This document shows positions 21,879 to 35,566 of a stretch of DNA of 64,000 nt, in pieces (the first letter of the stretch is position 1; every line of letters begins with the position of its first letter). The notes under the pieces are model-generated. The model was given only the letters and a program-made list of their open reading frames with translations, was not told the origin of the DNA and made no database searches. The DNA comes from Podarcis muralis (taxonomy: Eukaryota): NCBI RefSeq assembly GCF_964188315.1, contig NC_135662.1, positions 78,492,001 through 78,556,000 on the forward strand, given 5' to 3'. The translations under genes and the position numbers were made by a program.

Positions 21879-23935
21879 GATGCCAGGGTGGGTGGGTGTT
21901 CTAGCCAGGATTTTGATACTTCCATGAGCTTTGATAGTATTAGATGTTTGGTTGGAAATGAAGTTTCTGCATGCTGTACAGGTGGCTAGTTAGCACTTAA
22001 ACTATCATCTGGTTTCAAAATGAACAAGAGACTCAAATGGCTGATGTAGTGCTGGGGTCATGTTTTGATTCTAGATATTTCTAGGGAAATGTGTGTGTGG
22101 AATGATTGAATAACAGATTGAGCTCCAGCATGTTGCTACTGCTGTCACTTCCACTGAGAAGAGTTCCAGACTGATGTGAGGCTGGGGGGCGGGGCGGGTA
22201 AGACCTAAGGTGGGATCCTGGTCTTCGTGTTGTGATGTGGGCCAATGTCATTGACTTCTGTCTGGGGCTGCAAGCCATTGATACTGTCTGCTCAGAGCAG
22301 TCGTGTTAACACCTGGTGGACTGGAAAGAGGAGTTAAAAGAACACCTGTCTCCTCTACTTCTCTTTGCAACTATCACCAGCTCTGAAGGGAACAATCCAG
22401 TATTTCCGTACCTGGTACTTCATTGCAATACCTAGTACTTTGGATCTGTTATTGTGAAGGCAATATCATCTGTCTATACATCTGATGATATTGCAAACCA
22501 CTTTTAAAGCCCACTATGACTGTGATTTTCAAAATTGATAGGTGGACCTTGTTTACCAAACAGGTAAAAACAGGTAAAAAATTCTGGAAAATGTGGATTT
22601 ACCAGATTATTTCCAGATTGTAGGAAAACAATCAAACAGCTCCAGATTATTGCTGGACCCAAACTCTTTCTACTTTGATTTTGGAAACTTCTCAGTCTTT
22701 TCAGATGAAGTCTGAGCTATTTGTGGTTGTGTTTTACAAAGGCAGAGGCACATAGCTACTAAGATACTTTTTAAACAAAATGTAGCCATGGTTGCTCTGT
22801 CCAAACTCAAAACATGCTTCAAAGTTATTACTCAAGTTATGTTATTGCAACAGAGTTTGTTTGTTTTTGAAGAAAAGGTTTGCAACAAATGTTACATTAC
22901 TACAATAACACCTTGCATGTTCTCTGTTGCCTCTACTTGTCAAACCAACATGATGTAATCAGGGCAATTAATTTCCCCTAGGTCTGTTGTAGAGCTGGTT
23001 CACACACACATTCATACAGCCGTGCGTGTGTGTATTATGACCTTCATTTGAAAATGTCTGTCTTACATATAATGCCTTAAGCATGAGAGAGAGCAGATTT
23101 AAATGTGTTTAATAACTTTACACACCATCCCAGCCTTCTAGTGGTTGGTGATTCCAGGGGTTCCTGTGCTTACCCAGGCTCAGTTTCCCTGGAATAAATG
23201 TCAGCAGGGACTTTGGTGTCTTTAGGATATGTGGCTTTATTTACACATATATACAACCTAGGCATAGGATGGAGGGGTTCAGAGCATCACACCTCCAAAT
23301 ATCTAACTTCCCCTTTAGATTTCCAGGGGGGGCCCAAAAACTCAACACATAGTTTTAGCATCCAGCTTTTTAGATCTCTCTCACAACAACTCTGGCTCTT
23401 GTTTTTCTAACTAAGATCACAAGGCCTCCAGCCAGATGAGGGGAGTGGCTAAAATGCCTACTCCGTTCCTGGACAGCAACATCACTCAGAACATTCTTTG
23501 AGGTGCTTATTAACACTTAACTGGCCAGCTAAAGCCACTACCCTGACAAAGGGACCGGTGTGGCCTATTCACCAGGTTCGCTCTTATACCTTCTAGCCTC
23601 ACATGATCCCAAGAATTAGAAGGGACCTGGAGTATCATCCAGATTGACCGCTACCCAAACTCATAACAATAATGTTATCAAGTAACAAGTCTTTCAAAAA
23701 TTTACACAGTAGAGTATGTAGCTATGTTCCCCCCACTCCGTTAGCTTCTTAAACATGCCTTTATTTTTTATTTCTGCTCTTAGTCTTTAGATTTCACACA
23801 TTCTATTCATATTTTTGATATTCCATAGCAGAATCTAGTCACGTATTAGATTTCCCAAAGTGACATTGGGAAGACACAAAATCTGCTTTTTGTGCCTGCT
23901 ATACTCTTTGGATCTTTGTATTGTATATTGGTATA

Positions 23936-24285
23936 AAGGTAAAAGTACCTCTGACCATTAGGTCCAGTCGCGGACAACTCTGGGGTTGCGGCACTCATCT
24001 CACTTTACTGGCCGAGGGAGCCAGTGTACAGCTTCCGGGTCATGTGGCCAGCATGACTAAGCCGCTTCTGGCGAACCAGAGCAGTGCACTGAAAAGCCGT
24101 TTACCTTCCCACTGGATCAGTACCTATTTATCTACTTACACTTGACGTGCTTTCGAACTGCTAGGTGGGCAGGAGCAGGGACCAAGCTACGGGAGCTCAC
24201 CCTGTCACAGGGATTTGAACCGCCGACCTTCAGATTGGCAAGTCCTAGGCTCTGTGGTTTAACCCACAGCGCCACCCGCGTCCCC
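23936..24285 (-). mobile_element. Sauria SINE (subfamily A)
   Basis: Full body. 14-bp TSD TGTATATTGGTATA at 23922-23935 and 24286-24299. Confidence 0.95.
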
Positions 24286-24758
24286 TGTATATTGGTATAC
24301 TGGTGTCTAAAGAAGTAGAAGTCTTGTTCCTTGCCCATAGTTGCAGCCAGACTAATGGCCTTTGCTTCATGCTTTGAAGGTAACACTTGGCTCAATCTTC
24401 CCCACCCACTTCTAGTAGATTGTTCCACAGTTGAGCACTCTTGACTGAGAACACTTTATCTCCTGCACTCACGAGCTTTGTCTTAGGCTTCATTAGCTGT
24501 GTTGTCACCCAAGAGCAAGCTTCTTTCAGATGTTGCTTCTGCTGTTTTTGTTGGTAACACAAGGTTTGGATATGTCCTCAGACTCAAAAAAAATTTGTAA
24601 CCTACAGAACACAGAGCAACAATCTTTGATTTATAAGAGGATCATAAATTTTTTTTAAAAAAATAACCAAATGATATTTTGATGGCTAATTATCTTGGCC
24701 AGACTTGTTCTGATCAGCTTCAGCCGACATAACCTCTCTCTCAGACATTGCATCCAAA

Positions 24759-25120
24759 TGTGAAACATTCCCTTCTGTTCCTCTCACATGGCCAGGGGCC
24801 TTATGGACTTGTCTCTTCAAAAAGCAGTACACAAAGCACAAGACTTGTTGTGTATGTTCCTTAGTGTCTGTTATGTTCCTTGTTGTCTCCTGCTCTGAGC
24901 TTGAGTCTGCATCACAATGTAGGTCAGGATTCTGAAGCCTGCATTGTGATTGGGTGACTGGCTCAAAGCAGCCAATCATGCACTAGGTGGATGTTGCCAG
25001 GGTCTTGCTGAAGTGTATATAAATCAAACCCCTTCCCCTGTTTCCCCAGTCTGTTCTTGAGGCCTTAATAAAGCCTTTAAGCTGAATCACTGGCTTGGGT
25101 CTTGCTTGAACCCAGCTTCA
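24759..25120 (+). mobile_element. Putative solo LTR remnant
   Basis: CCAAT (24972), TATATAAA (~25016) and AATAAA (25067) in LTR order, ending in CA. No TSD found and the left boundary is uncertain. Confidence 0.45.
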
Positions 25121-25593
25121 TTTCTTGAAGTAGTAACTTGATATAGAAGTGTCTACATTTTTCCTTTAGCTTCCAGTGGTTTTCAAACTTCATACTGCCC
25201 AATAGGGCTGCATGTCTTAGACACAGAATCCAGACACTTTTGGTAAACTCAGACATGAACAGCTTTATTAAAGTACATCAGACAGGAAACCCTGCTCACT
25301 CCTCAGCTTTCAGATCCACACTGGCTTCCTTCTGCTGCTCATATCCATCACAAGTTCCTTCTTCAACTACTTCTTCTTCACCTAGGAACTAACTATAGAC
25401 AAACTGAGTAAACAAAGGAGGAAATTAATGTGGGTCCTCAACTGCATGTCTTATATTTAATACATTTATAGACTGCCTTTTTAGGCATAGCTTACACATC
25501 ATAGCACAATACTGTACGATTCAAAAGGTGAACAATAGCAGCAGTAAAACGCAATCAGTTAAAAACATAAGTCACTTAAATAAAACAGCAATA

Positions 25594-25835
25594 CAGTGGT
25601 ACCTCAGGTTAAGTACTTAATTCATTCCGGAGGTCCATTCTTAACCTGAAACTGTTCTTAACCCGAGGTACCACTTTAGCTAATGGGGCCTCCTGCTGCC
25701 ACCGCGCCACCGGAGCATGATTTCTGTTCTCATCCTGAAGCAAAGTTCTTAACCTGAGGTACTATTTCTGGGTTAGCAGAGTCTGTAACCTGAAGCGTAT
25801 GTAACCTGACGCATATGTAACCCGAGGTACCACTG
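25594..25835. mobile_element. Tigger-like MITE (opposite orientation)
   Basis: TIRs plus TA TSD. Confidence 0.93.
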
Positions 25836-26147
25836 TATAAATTCCAGCCCAGACAGAGGGATTTTCCATTCTAAAAACACACAAAATAAAAGGCCTTGAT
25901 TAAGAAGTGGTCCAAGTGGCTCAAAATAATGTTGGTGGTTTTGAAAAAAAAAACTTGCTTTGTCAGCTGCTTTTTGAGATCACATTGAAGAGAGAGATTT
26001 GATACCAAATGAGAGAAGCATCAGGTTGTTTCTCTTTTCTCAGAAACAAGGGCTTCCCATGGCAGTGGTGATGTGTTTATTACTTCCCATGAAAAATGGT
26101 TCCCTTCATCCCGCAAAGCCTATACTGGGGACCCCTAACCTAGTGAA

Positions 26148-26502
26148 GGAAGGGACGCGGGTGGCACTGTGGTCTAAACCACAGAGCCTAGAGCTTGCCG
26201 ATTGGAATGCCTGTGACAGGGTGAGCTCCTGTTGCTCGGTCCCAGCTCCTGTCAACCTAGCAGTTCGAAAGCACATCAAAGTGCAAGTAGATAAATAGGT
26301 ACCGCTCCAGTGGGAAGGTAAACCCCATTTCAGTGTGCTGCTTTGGTTTTGCCAGAAGCTGCTTAGTCATGCTGGCCACATGACCCGGAAAAACTGCGGA
26401 CAAACGTCTGCTCCCTCGGCCAGTAAAGCGAGATGAGCGCCACAACCCCAGAATCATTCGCAACTGGACTTAACTGTCAGGGGTCCTTTACCTTTACTTT
26501 TT
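26148..26502 (+). mobile_element. Sauria SINE (subfamily A, small internal deletion)
   Basis: Body and tail present. TSD TAACCTAGTGAA at 26136-26147 and 26503-26514. Confidence 0.92.
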
Positions 26503-26664
26503 TAACCTAGTGAAACAGTATGTTGAATGTGTATGTTAAACAGTAGGCGAGCTCTTTAGGGTTCTTGCAGATTGTTTACTATGGAGTTCTGGAATTAAGA
26601 AGAGTTGTTAAATAGCCAAATATTGCTGACAGGAGTGAGATACTGTCAGCATATAATACCTATG

Positions 26665-27200
26665 CTCAGACACCTGGTTGCCAATTTGCTACCAGGCCAA
26701 GTTCAAGGTGTTACTATTAGTATGGAAGACCCTTAACGGTTTGGGAACAGGCTGCTTCTTGTACTTCCGTCACCTGAGGTGGCTGCTTTTCCTTGCCTAA
26801 TAGGAAATTTCTGCCCTATTTATGCCTACTCAACTGCTTCAATCTGCAGAACTGGCACTGTTGCAAGTCCCATATAATAATTGTTCTGCATTCGTAAGAA
26901 ATGGGTCTTCTAGTGTGTCTGCACTTTGGAACTCCCTGCCTATTGACATCAGCCAGGAGTCTTCACTGTACCCTTTTTAGCACCTGCTTAAAATATTTTT
27001 TGATCAGGCAAGCCTATCCCGACATGTAGAATGTTGACAGTTTGGTTCAATCTGGTTTTCAACTTATCACTGGTTTTAATTATTTTTAAAATGTTTTAAA
27101 TAGTTAACTTTGCTTACTGGGGGAAAAGGTGTCCTTTTTTAAAGCCACTTTGAGATTTTATTATAATCAAAGGGTATATAAATCTTATGAAATAAATAAA
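26665..27200 (+). mobile_element. Degraded L2 3' fragment
   Basis: WLPICYQAQFKVLLLVWKTLNGLG resembles the L2 motif LHWLPV..R..FK.L.L.YKALNGLGP. LWNSLP motif and AATAAATAAA tail follow. Confidence 0.7.
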
Positions 27201-30200
27201 TTTGCACAGCTAGGAATGTGGGCTTTTTTTTCTTTAGTCCATTCTGTGAACCTAATGAAGTATTTATACACTATTGACTGTCACTGTTTACTAAGGATCT
27301 GATAAGATACTATGCCAAGTGCTATACATTTTATTTTATAAACAGGATAAATGCAATTTCCCTCTACTTTCTTTTTCTGGTGAAATGGTCTGTCAGCTTT
27401 GTACAGCTGGATATAAGGTGTTGGGGTGTGTGGGGGGGGGGAAATACCATTTGAGACATACCATATCAAGCCACTTTTCCTCTCTTCCACTCTCCCCTTC
27501 TTGAGCTGATGATCAATATAGCTAAAATAAAAGTAGGATAAAACCTCTAGAGGGTGCCAAAAACTTTGCTTAACATTGGAACTGCTAACTTGACGTGAGT
27601 TAGCAGCTAAAAGCACCATCTGTATGTCCTTTGTATATTTGATATGCAGGAGAAATCACTACTAGACAGTACAATACTAAATATATTTATTTTAATTTCA
27701 CTTTTCCAGAGACAGCTCTTTCACAGGGCTGATCATATTATTATGTGGCTAAGCTGTAACTATAAGTCTTGCGACACACCAGCCTCATGTTGAAAAGAAT
27801 TCACTAGTTATGCTTTTGAATTTGATACATGTATTATGACTTGTACATGTTTATCTGAAAGAAATGCAAGTCTTAGAATGTGTCACTTTACAAAGCCATA
27901 ATTCAAATAAGGTTTCTCTCTCTCTTTTTACTAAATATAAATAGCTGAGCTTAAGAGCTTGTCAAATTAAAGAACTACTGGATGAAATCTGTTCCTATTA
28001 CACAAGCGAAACAGCTTTTGTTCCAGCAGACTAAAGGAAGACAATTTTCTTTCATTTCTCCTTTCCTGTGCATCACCTTCCATGCTGTCCTCAAGTCTCT
28101 GCCAGCCCTCAAACAGATTTTCAGTGAAAAATCACCTTCCATTAGTGGAACCATAGGCTGGATCAAAAGGTGTTACATGAGGGGAACAGCAGCATTCAAT
28201 TCTACCCTGTGTGATTTTGGGTGTATGGGGTGATTTAAGGCCTGAAGACTCTTTGTCATCCACATGTCATTCAGTTTTAACTTGTAAGATTATTTTTTTT
28301 AAAATGCTTGAACACTGTTTTGAATAGCTTCCTCAGACTGCTAAATAAGAACTCTAGTAGTAGTTAAGCAGTGACGTAATTGTTTTACTAATCTGTGAAG
28401 TTTGCAATTTGTATATTCAATAAATAAGAGAGATAATAAGATAGAGATAGTTTGCGTCTCTTCATTTTTGGAAAAAAGTCATAAATAAACCATTGCACTG
28501 GGAGTTTGTTGCCCTGACAGGTCAGTCTTCTCCCAGGTTGCCAGTGGAATCCATGGCAAAGTTGGCTTAGGTTTGTCTTCTGCCTCTTTAACATTTTCTT
28601 AGCAGGTGGGCTGGGGAGCTGTCTCTGTCAGTGAGTGGGCTTTCAGATCTGGATCATTGGCCGAGCCATGCCAATCTTTGCAAAGCTGTAACCTCTAGAA
28701 TTATTGGCCAGTCTTAGTCCATTCACTGCCTCTTTGTAGTTCTTTGCTCTAGTACTCCACTCCAAGCAAGCTTCAGAGACAAACCAGGATCTGGTTTGCT
28801 TATACTGATTCATGCCATTGCGCCACCTAGCACAGCCTTGTTGATGAAGGCTACTGGTAGCTCTCCAAGTTTTTTAGATGGGGGTCTTTTCCCAGCCCTG
28901 CCTGGAGATGTTGAGGCTTTCCTATGCCCACTCCAAACCCAAAGCTCTTAACCTGGACAACTTCTGCCATCCACAAGTGTTGATTATGCTGACTGGGGGG
29001 AGCTCTCTATTTATGTACATAATAGCCCAATTTAGTCATTCTCTTTATATGGTTTATAAATGCACAGAGTAGGGGAGCAGGGGCTCTCCTCCCCCTTTCC
29101 TGCATGTGGTGATGGACAGCATGGAAATACAGTGGAGGAAAACGTGTGAAGAGGGGTGTCTGCTGTGGGTTCATTCCATGATGTGGAACTTTGCATGATC
29201 AGAATTTCACATCACTTGCATGTAAAGCATGTTCCCCTTTATAGGTGGGTGGATAGAAGAGCAGGGTTGGTGATGGCTGTGAACTTGGCATCCCTCTCTT
29301 GAACAGTACCTACTGAATTTCACCAACAGGCATCTTTATTTATCTCTCTCTTTTTAGCCTTACATAAAATTCAAATGATGCTTGGCAGTGGTAGCTTCAA
29401 GCCCCCACTGGCTACTGATAATGTTTCTTACTTGTTCAGGATGGATAAAACAATGCCGAACCAGTTTCACAGTGGAAAGACTGTTTTGCTCTGCGTGTTT
29501 AGCTATTTAAATGCACAATTGAAAACCAAATGTAGTATGGGACACAATTGTGTTGCATGAGGAAATAAATAATAACAGAAGTTAAGTCTGGCACCTGGCA
29601 TTTGGACCCTGCAGCTTTCCCTGCTGACAGCACATTAAAATCCACCTTCCTCCTTATAAAAAAAAAGGAGGAGTTAGGTTCACTGGCTGTTAATGTTTGG
29701 GAGGGCTATCACTTACAGTGCATATCTTCGTGATATATTTCACACATCTTTGGCAAGGCCATTCAGTCTGTTTGTGTCAGTATGAATTTACCTCCAAAAC
29801 AATTATGCTGCAATTTATAGTCCACCTGTGCCATATGATGTGGAAAAAACTCCAAAAATGATTTGAACCAGACAATATAACATTGTTCGTTTCCTGCCCA
29901 TGCTCTGCCTCAACTGTTTGAAGCAGTATGCCTCTTAATGCTAGTTGATTGGATTCCCAAGTGAACAGAGTGCTGTTAAACTCAGCTCGGGCTTGTGGGC
30001 TCAAAAAACATTTGCTTGGCTACTGTAAGAACACAATTCAAGACTAGACAGGCCATTGACCTGATCCTATAACAGTGGACATTAGATAAAATGTTTTTGC
30101 TGACCTATTAAATCAATGAAATGTTAATGCTGATGAAATACAGCTAACACTAATTCTAATCTAGAAGCTAGCATTTGGTATTTCCTGGGCCAAATCTAGC

Positions 30201-30248
30201 CTTCTGAAAGCTGACCCTAACCACCTCCACCCCCACATGCGCACACAA

Positions 30249-30310
30249 TGCGCATGTGTGCGTGCGTGCGTGCGTGCGTGTGTGTGCGCGCGCACACACA
30301 CACACACACA
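30249..30310. repeat. Alternating purine-pyrimidine tract (TG/TGCG/CG/CA)
   Basis: 62 bp of uninterrupted Y-R alternation. Confidence 0.9.
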
Positions 30311-33300
30311 AGCAATTAAGAAGAAAGAAAGAGAGAATTAATGGAGAAAATGATTGCTATGACATAGACCTTGCTATTTCTTTCCTTCAGAGTATGCCTC
30401 CAACAGGATTAATTGCTGTCCATGGTGCTAGTTTGTGCCTCTTAATACTGAGCTCTGCCATTCAAAGGGCTGCTATGTGTTAAGACAAAGTTCCCACAGC
30501 TTCTTCCTAATAAGAAATTCTGCTGGTTGTGTACATGTGGGAAGGAAACTGCTATATTTATGTGGTGAAACAGCTGTATGTTCATCACACACAATTTATT
30601 ACAAGCACCTTCCTACTGTTCTGCGAGGAAGATTCCGTCTTCTCTGAAGGGGCTTTAAAAATTGTTGATTAGTTGTCCCCGTTCTGTATTTTAGCACAGG
30701 CTTGCAAATAATCACTAGTTTGGTCACCTGTGGTGAGTAAAAATTGCATTTAGGTAACCAGGCAGAAAAACTTTTTGTAAACAGTAAAATAAGTCGGCTC
30801 CACCTTTTTCATGTCATTTCTGTTTCACATTTAACAATATCAGTATGTGAGGGATGGTGAACTATTAAAAAGAAAAAAACTTTGTTGGTTAACAGCCTTT
30901 GCAATCCTGTTTGCAAAGTTTTTGTTATATCTACCTTAACTGACAGTACAGATCTTTTGAGGTTGGCTGATTTTACTACATCATCATTATTAGCCCACAC
31001 ACTGATTTCAAGTTTAATTGAAAGCAAATGCTCTGTTTTAATATCCTCAACATTTGTTTTCAAAACAAGGATGCATCTCATTGGTTTTTATGTTGAGTTT
31101 AAATAATAGGATTCATAATTATGAACATAAACTTCTAATATGGGAAGAGAGGGAGATTTTTCAAAAGAAACATATTGTGTATGTGTATCTCACTTCCATC
31201 TTGGGTACCAACTAAGGCAGCTATTAGCAAATGGAACAAGGCAGTGAAGGTTTTATGTAACATTTGACAGGGATAGTTGATTGTGTTTTGGCATCTTTCC
31301 TCCTTCCAAGTTGCACCTTGAAATGAAACTGTGGTTGTGTATACATTACTGTCTTAAATCACAGATAGCTCATTCTCAACTTGGATCACAGCTGGTTATG
31401 GGGGAAATGCATCAAAATTCGGTGTTTTATAAAGAAACAAAGAAAGACATATGGGATAGATATGGATTGTGGCTATCATCAAACAAGCAGTGTGAGTACA
31501 CTGGGTGCAGAGTAAACAGGAGTGTCTATCTTACATAGCATCAGTCTGAGGGAGTTCCTGGGAAGAAATATTGACTGCAGGGAGAGTTTGCGGCAAAACC
31601 CACTTCACCCACTTTCACTGCCTGCAAATGTGGGAAGACCATTTCATCTCCCTCCCACTTTGGAGGAAGAATAAAGCTTAGCGTTGCATATGCTGAACAC
31701 TTGACAGCTTTGTTTCTAACCAGGTTACCAGGTTCTCCAATGATTGGGTAGGATTCACCCAAATAGCCCCAACAGCAGAAGCCCTGCACAATGACTTCTG
31801 CTTCTACAATAGGGCTTTACTGTCACTCGCAAACTCTGCCCCCTGAAAGTGGCTTGGGCAGGTGCATTGGAGAACAGCTTGATATTGAATTCTACACACT
31901 TGATATTTTTCTTATTGGGTTCTGTTTAGAATCTATGACTTAGACATTAGAGAATGGGATCCTCAGTTGCCCCACCATACAGATAAAGGGCAGAAGAAGG
32001 ATCTCTTCCAATTGCCGTCTTCTGTACCATACCCAATGATCCCTCAACCCCTAGGAGCAGATTTGGGGGTGGGGGTGGGGAGGGATGCTGAGGACTGCAG
32101 AGAGAAGGGGGTGGCAGGGAAGCCCTGTTCCAGGAACATAAACTCTTTTCTAGTCATGGAAGGAAAGTTATGATTCCAGCCATAGTGCAGTATTTGTGGC
32201 AAGCCTTCTGGTTACTTTCTTTCTGTGCACACAAATCATGCTACTAGTAACTTAAACTTTAAACTATGTAATTCACGAACAATCTCATTGTTCTTGAAGG
32301 AGTTGTAAAATGAGGTTTGCATATTGGCACATATAATTTGAAAGGAATGGTTGTATGTTTTAACTTCCATCCTGATCCTAACTGCAATGAGCAAGAAATG
32401 AAGTTTAGATTATAGTTGTTTTTTAATGGGAAAATTGTACCCCCCATCTAAAGAAACCATATGAAACTCTTCTTCCTTTGGAAAAACAAAATTGTTCTTG
32501 TTGCAATAGGCATCCTTCTCTTTATATATATTCTGATGAGAACTGAAAAGAAGAATCAAGTTCTGAATAGCGAATTAGGTTGCTAACATTATTTTTTATC
32601 AGCATGACCTGTGCTACGTAGATCTTTCTGTTACAGCATGCACATTTTAAAGTTGGAATTGGAACAGTAAGGCATAAATGATAATTACCAAAAGAAGAGG
32701 AAACCAGAAAGTTACATGTGGCATACCAAAGTATAAATCTAAAAGGTAATTATTCACTTTGTGCTGGTTCCACTGTGCACACTCTGAAAGGTTTTATAGT
32801 TGCAGAACCTTATTTTAGCAGTTATTAAACCAAATTGGACACAAGGGAATATAGTTCTCTATTTTAAGTTACTCCATGCAGAGTACATGCAATTAAGTGC
32901 TATAGTCCACTGGCAAACATGGGCAGAGAACCAAATCAACAAAATACCCAAGTTCATACCTCTATTTTAGCACACACACCCCTTGGCTGGATAATTATCA
33001 GTTTGATCTCAAACCCTGAATACTCACTAACTGCCCAATTATTTTCTGCTTTCAAGTACTGTAATGATATTTGCTAATTTGTATAAACCTGGAATATCTC
33101 CTTGTGATTTGCATGTAAGAATTTCATTTATGCTTTAGAAATATGACTAGAATACTTTGGCTAGGAAAATCAACATAAAATTAGTGGAAATCTGATATTT
33201 TAAATTTTATATATCTATATCTAGAAATCTATATCTATCTACATCTGTGTAACCTACTGGAAACTGAAGGTTGTATCAAATAATCCTACTCAGAGTAGAT

Positions 33301-33777
33301 CCATTGAAATTTATGGAGCTAATTAGGTCATGTCCATCAATTTTCATCAATTGACTGAAACCTGGCATAATTAATATACTTTGGGAGGGGCTCCTTTGCT
33401 TGCAAGCTACCTCCACTTGTGTGAAAAGAACGAAAGTTAACAGCCATTTTTAGATTCCCTATAAAGGTCAATGAGGCCAAATCGACAAGATTTGGATCCC
33501 AAAAATGAATCAAATTGGAACAACACAGAGTGGATCCAAAACAAATTGGACTGCTTCTAGATGTCACTGAGGCAACAGGAACCTGTAGCCCTGCAGGTTT
33601 TGTTGAACTCCAACTCCCATCAGCCCCAGCCATCATGAATGTTAGTTAGAGGTGATGGGAACTGTAGTTCTCCAGATGCTAAAATACAGGTGCAAAATGG
33701 ATCTTATGGCTGCACAACCCTACTGTGTACCAGAATTGATCAAATATAAGGTATGTTTTCTTGGAGAACGATATGTA

Positions 33778-33986
33778 CAGTGGTACCTCGGGTTACAGAT
33801 GCTTCAGGTTACAGACTCCACTAACCTGGAAATAGTACCTCGGGTTAAGAACTTTGCTTCAGGATGAGAACAGAAATCGGGCAGCAGCGGCGCGGCAGCA
33901 GCGGGAGGCCCCATTAGCTAAAGTGGTGCTTCAGGTTAAGAACGGACCTCCGGAACGAATTAAGTACGTAACCAAAGGTACCACTG
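33778..33986. mobile_element. Tigger-like MITE (internally shortened)
   Basis: TIRs plus TA TSD. Confidence 0.92.
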
Positions 33987-34785
33987 TATATGCTTTTGAA
34001 AACAACCTTGGCCAGTACACCAAATGGAATACAGTATCTTCTAGTCCACATTCTTGAGTGTTTTTATTTTCATTATTAATTTAAATTGTGGTTCTGACAT
34101 TCACAAAATGATTTGTATAGAATGAATATGAAAAATAGCTGTGCTTAATTAAGGTTTTGGGTTGTTTTTTTAATCTTGGAGGTATTCTCCCTCAAAATAG
34201 AATCCTGAACATATTTATAGACAGGAAGCCGCAAATGTGCTATGTAAATTGAAAGACTAAGTTTTGGGGGTTTAATAAGAAGAGCGAAAATATTATATAT
34301 GGTGATCAGGTTTTTCAAATACAACAAGGAACCAGCTTGGAAATACTCTAGGTATGTAGTGTCAAGTTTCTAAAATGTGTAGGAACAAATTATTTCATTA
34401 TTCTACTTTTCGGATAACCACCAATTTCATTTTACAAGTTGGTACTTCAGTCATAAAAGCAAGGATACTGGAAAATTCCACAGTGCTGAAATGGATAGTT
34501 AATCTGATTGGGCCCTCTAGAAATAAATCTATAGATCTCTTTGATATGGATGTCAGCATGGTTCAGATTAACCCTAATCCTTTAGAATGTATTTAGCCCC
34601 ATCTTTTCTTTTCATTTTTACCCAATAAATTTACATTTGCTTTAATCCTGAATAAACCCATGCTTAGATGAAATTAAGTTGTATTTCACCGAGTCCTTAA
34701 AAATCACTGGCTTTCTACGCTGCTTTGGATCAGACCACATCATATTTCTAGCACTGCTTTCTGATACGCTATCGTACAAACTTTC

Positions 34786-35215
34786 TTTTTTTTTTTTTAA
34801 TATTTTGTATTGCTTTATTTTCCAAGGTCTGAATACATCGTCAATAACACAACAAAAGCTGTTTTACAAAAAGAAAGAAGTAATTAAATAAACGAAAATT
34901 CATTTTTCCAAATCTTTTTTCATTATCAACTGGACTCCCCCACATCTTCCATCCCTGCATTCTTTTCAATAAAAGTAAACAGCAAATTAATACCTTGTTT
35001 CATGTGTTTTTGTATTTTCATCTAATTATTTACTCTAAAATTTAAACTTTTCTCGGTCATAACTTAGTTTCAATCATCTCCGAATTTCAATACTGAAGCA
35101 TGTTTTTCTCAAAACTTAGCAAATTCTCAACATTCATATATCTTATAATGTTTTTGTAAATAGTCCTTAAATTTTTTCCAGTCCTCTTCCACTGCCTCTT
35201 CTCCCAGGTCTCGGA
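34786..35215 (-). mobile_element. 5'-truncated L1-clade LINE
   Basis: Minus strand reads IRDLGEEAVEEDWKKFKDYLQKHYKIYEC*, then 3' UTR and poly-A. 16-bp TSD TATCGTACAAACTTTC at 34770-34785 and 35216-35231. Confidence 0.88.
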
Positions 35216-35438
35216 TATCGTACAAACTTTCAAAAAACAAATAATTTGAGAAAGAAATAAAAACATGGAAGATAATAGCTACAATTATGGAAAGAGCAAA
35301 CTTAATTGATCCCTAAAAGTGCACAATGCAGTTGTATAAATCTGCAGTGCTGCCAGCACATTTTGAAGATAACATGGTAATATTTTATACTATGCTTTGA
35401 ATTCTTAGGTTGCATGTGATATGATATTTCTATACTGA

Positions 35439-35566
35439 CAGTGGCGTAGCGTGGGGGGTGGCCGGCCGCACCGGGCGCAACATCTGGGGTTAGGGCAAAT
35501 CCACGGGTTAGGGGGCGCAAATTACTTGCCTTGCCCCGGGTGCTGACAACCCACGCTACGCCACTG
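35439..35566. mobile_element. Young hAT MITE
   Basis: Perfect 16-bp TIR CAGTGGCGTAGCGTGG and perfect 8-bp TSD TATACTGA. CpGs intact. Confidence 0.93.

Noticed and set aside
22230-22330. Minus-strand PGVNTTALSRQ resembling the DIRS RNase H end (PG..N..AD.LSRQ)
   Set aside because: Too short, lacks the AD residues and has no supporting flanking motifs.
32533-32560. CTGATGA...GAAA as another hammerhead
   Set aside because: No stem II or stem I pairing is possible.
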